Both the position numbers and the translations under genes were made by a program. From Octopus sinensis (Eukaryota), in the NCBI RefSeq assembly GCF_006345805.1, contig NW_021827750.1:1-9945 (forward strand): DNA of 9,945 nucleotides, given 5' to 3'. The notes under the pieces are model-generated. The model was not told the DNA's origin. It made no database searches and was given only the letters and a program-made list of their open reading frames with translations. Shown piece after piece: positions 7,330 through 9,945 of this stretch (positions are counted from its first letter, which is position 1; each line of letters starts with the position of its first letter).

Positions 7330-7725
7330 CCAGGTAGAGTATACGGGGATCTCTACGTACAACAGTGTTCGGCAAACAGATCACATTGGCATAATTTGAA
7401 GAAAGCTGTCGAAGTAGTTTCTCATGGATTCAGATCTACGTTTCGAGCATTGTCTTCTGTGAAATATACACGCTGGCCATTTTCAAGATGTACAGATAGA
7501 TTTTAGGAAAGTGTTCCTACATGTAAACAGGATGTGACATTTGTGTTGACAGTGTATTTGTCTCAAAGCAGAACCGTCCTTCCATCAGCGCTTGTCAATT
7601 GGCTGAAGTAACATGAAAGGCATCGTCATTCATGGTATATTCGTGAATAAGTCACAAACTGAAATACGTTGATCTATTGTTTAGGGAAATATTATTTACT
7701 TGTTTAAGGGTTGTACTGGATACAT
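7330..7725 (-). mobile_element. Helitron Rep-helicase (RepHel) pseudogene fragment
   Basis: Minus strand from 7493 gives VHLENGQRVYFTEDNARNVDLNP*ETTSTAFFKLCQCDLFAE, then after a frameshift LLYVEIPVYSTW (W at 7330-7332). This matches the Helitron motif VHLENGQRVYF...TTLTAFFxLC...LLYxEVPxYYTW. Weaker upstream matches (QYNP, MEGRF) extend to about 7725. Confidence 0.8.
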
Positions 7726-7851
7726 AGCGAAAACAGCTCTAACAGTTCAAATAGTAAGAAATAAACATATATATATATATACAAATTCATACTATCCGGT
7801 AATTAATGTGCTTAAACTTTTATATTTTATGTTTTTTCATTATGTTTCCAG

Positions 7852-7941
7852 GTTCAAGTACTGGTAATGGAACAGAGGATAGAACAGCAGAACAAACTTT
7901 TGAGTGAAAATCGAAAAAGAGCCTCCAAGAATTGTCTTTGA
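7852..7941 (+). CDS. Candidate terminal exon, frame ambiguous
   Basis: Strong acceptor ttttatgttttttcattatgtttccAG (7850-7851) precedes a purine-rich segment. Phase 0 reads VQVLVMEQRIEQQNKLLSENRKRASKNCL** (stops 7939-7944), phase 1 reads xSSTGNGTEDRTAEQTFE*, phase 2 reads xFKYW*. Confidence 0.35.
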   Translation, partial: VQVLVMEQRIEQQNKLLSENRKRASKNCL

Positions 7942-7990
7942 TGATATTTTATGCTATAAAACGATTTTTCGCATATTATTACAAAAAAAA

Positions 7991-8284
7991 TTTTCCCCAT
8001 ATATAATATAAAATAATATTTTCCCCATAATATGAAATATTTTCTTAATATATAATATAAAATTATCTTCTCCATATAATATAAAATAATATTTTCCCAT
8101 ATATAATATGAAATATTTTCTCCATATATAATAAGAAATATATTTCTCCATATATAATATGAAAAATATTTTCTCATATATAATATAAAATAAAATTTTC
8201 TCCATATATAATATGAAATAATATTTTCTCTATGTATACTATAAAATTATATTTTCTCCATATATAATATGAAATATTTTTTCC
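7991..8284. repeat. AT-rich minisatellite, about 11 degenerate 21-28 bp units
   Basis: Consensus about TTTTCTCCATATATAATATGAAATA(ATA), read directly. Confidence 0.92.
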
Positions 8285-8829
8285 TTGTAACGACACTATA
8301 ATTGTACCTTTCAATACAACACTATGCATGCAAGAGACTGTATAATCCACCATAATGTAATTTAAACAAGTTTCAGGGCCTCACTATGGCTTGAAACAGA
8401 AAATATTGCATGATTTGAAATTATATTGATATTCTATCTTCTTGCCAATTTAATGTTATCAATGTAAGCTTTAGAATTGTTAAATAAAGGATTAAATCTG
8501 ATCTGTTGCTACCGTTCGTTTTCTAGATGAAATACTGTAATCCCGCAGACTAAGATCAAATACCACCGGAAGAGGCATTGATTCCATTTGTTATTTTAAA
8601 CATTCCACTAAAATGTTAAAAATGCAAATGTATCATGTGATTAGATTTACGATCATTTATCTAATTAGTATTATCAGGTCATTCAACTGTCATTGTTCAA
8701 GTAATCAACATTTCACAAACAGCTACATTCAATCAAAGCACCGGACGTAGATTCGTCTTCTACACGTTCATGTCTACTTTCACTCCATCAATGTTACACT
8801 AACACGAGACTGCGCACGCCTCAAAGTCT

Positions 8830-9060
8830 TCATTGAAGTAGTTTCTTAGTTATATTCTCTACATGATATTCAGGCCCATTAGGCCGCAGTCTCTTCGGTA
8901 TCCAACATATTCCAACACCCGGGGATAGAAGACACCCCACTAAAAGAGATGCCAGTCTGTCTGTTGCAAGTTTAACCCCTGGTTGTTGCTGGTATTTCTT
9001 CTCAGATGACTGCACTGGAAGTGTTTTTCTCGTGGACAGAACGCACCGAACCAATAGTCC
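8830..9060 (-). mobile_element. Possible mariner-like transposase relic (HTH plus WVP region)
   Basis: One minus frame gives EEIPATTRG*TCNRQTGISFSGVSSI and another gives ICWIPKRLRPNGPEYHVENITKKLLQ. These resemble the mariner second HTH (GISxxxVxxI) followed by the WVPxxL motif. Heavily decayed. Confidence 0.45.
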
Positions 9061-9072
9061 ATGTGTCTATTC

Positions 9073-9127
9073 TGTGTGTGGTGTGTGTGTGTGTGTTGTG
9101 CGTGCTTGTTGTCTATGTATGTGTGTG
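9073..9127. repeat. Degenerate (GT)n microsatellite
   Basis: Read directly. Confidence 0.9.
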
Positions 9128-9800
9128 CTTTTTAGCCTCTTCTGTTTTCCGGATCATTTGTCGCTCTCTTGCCAGCCGGAACACCGCTACCCTTCTTTTA
9201 TACTCTGCTTGTTGCTGTTAAAAGATATGTAGCCGTGTATCGTAACAGCTCTGTCATTTCTACTGCTTATTATATGACCTGTGGTGTGGTTTTAGATGTC
9301 TTGGTACATCGACTGAATAAGGAATTATCTTTTACTTCCTTCTAATTAGATGGTCGCACCATTTCACTCTCTTCCATCTGACTACTTCAGTTCTGGTTTA
9401 TTCATGTAAATAACGTTTCTTATACAAATTACGCCAGTCTCACTATAATATCTCTTTAGTTTTAAACACATTTTAATAACCTCTTACGTATGTGTTTCTA
9501 GACCCTGACTAGAGAAACAAAAATGTGCAACCTATCAATGCAACCCTGGCTGATGTCCTACAAGCTCCAGATCCTGTTTCTTAAATCTCTCAAATGCTAT
9601 ACATGCTAGCGTGACCTGTCTTTTCTAACCTGTGTGTCTAGTGCGACGGATACTACACAGCTCTCTTTGACATGTTCAACATAAGAACCATTCAGTGTGA
9701 TTATTTCCTTTGCGTTGTGTTGTGTAATTAATGTATATAATGCTATTCATTTTCATAGCCCATTTTCCCCATATTTCGTCTGAGACCATCAATATTAGGT

Positions 9801-9930
9801 TTGCTTCCCAACCGCATAATTCCGTTTTTTTTTGGTCTCAACGTGTGACATGGCACTTTGGGCAATTTTCACCATACTGAGAAAAAGTACTAGGGTCAAT
9901 TCGTTCGACTAAAACTTATTCCAGGGGCCC
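9801..9930 (+). mobile_element. Old, internally deleted SINE relic related to family A
   Basis: ttgcttcccaaccgcataattcc...tggcactttgggcaa (9801-9865) resembles the family A head. aagtactagggtcaattcgttcgactaaa (9885-9913) resembles its 3' end. The middle is missing. Confidence 0.5.
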
Positions 9931-9945
9931 TCCACCTCCTCCAGC

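Noticed and set aside
7852-7941. Naming the peptide as HIP1/I-LWEQ or Hv1 C-terminus
   Set aside because: Resemblance is limited to generic coiled-coil spacing over about 20 residues, and the upstream exons do not match.
7854-8205. Two minus-strand ORFs rich in Y/I/K
   Set aside because: Translations of the AT-rich minisatellite.
8483-8488. AATAAA polyadenylation signal (also at 5414, 6973, 7296)
   Set aside because: The hexamer is too common in this AT-rich sequence to call without 3' end data.
9006-9232. Plus-strand ORFs after the acceptor-like ttcttctcAG at 9005
   Set aside because: They run into (GT)n, and the region is better explained as an antisense transposase relic.

Overview
AT-rich, repeat-dense eukaryotic DNA, most likely octopus/cephalopod (inferred from a tRNA-headed SINE I recognise from memory, not from a search). 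There is no intact long gene, and most ORF-track entries are artefacts of (TA)n, (CA)n and minisatellite sequence. The window holds three near-identical SINE copies in alternating orientation (-, +, -) plus two decayed SINE fragments. It also holds relics of an R4/Dong-like LINE, Tigger-like and mariner-like transposases, and a Helitron Rep-helicase. Several short + strand segments with GT-AG boundaries join in compatible phase into an unrecognised protein ([58 protein letters not shown]...). The most unusual items are a 349-bp TA-flanked foldback element whose inverted arms contain tRNA-like Pol III promoter sequence, up to three hammerhead-ribozyme-like motifs, and inverted SINE pairs bracketing candidate exons. 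All family assignments are by eye and need database confirmation.
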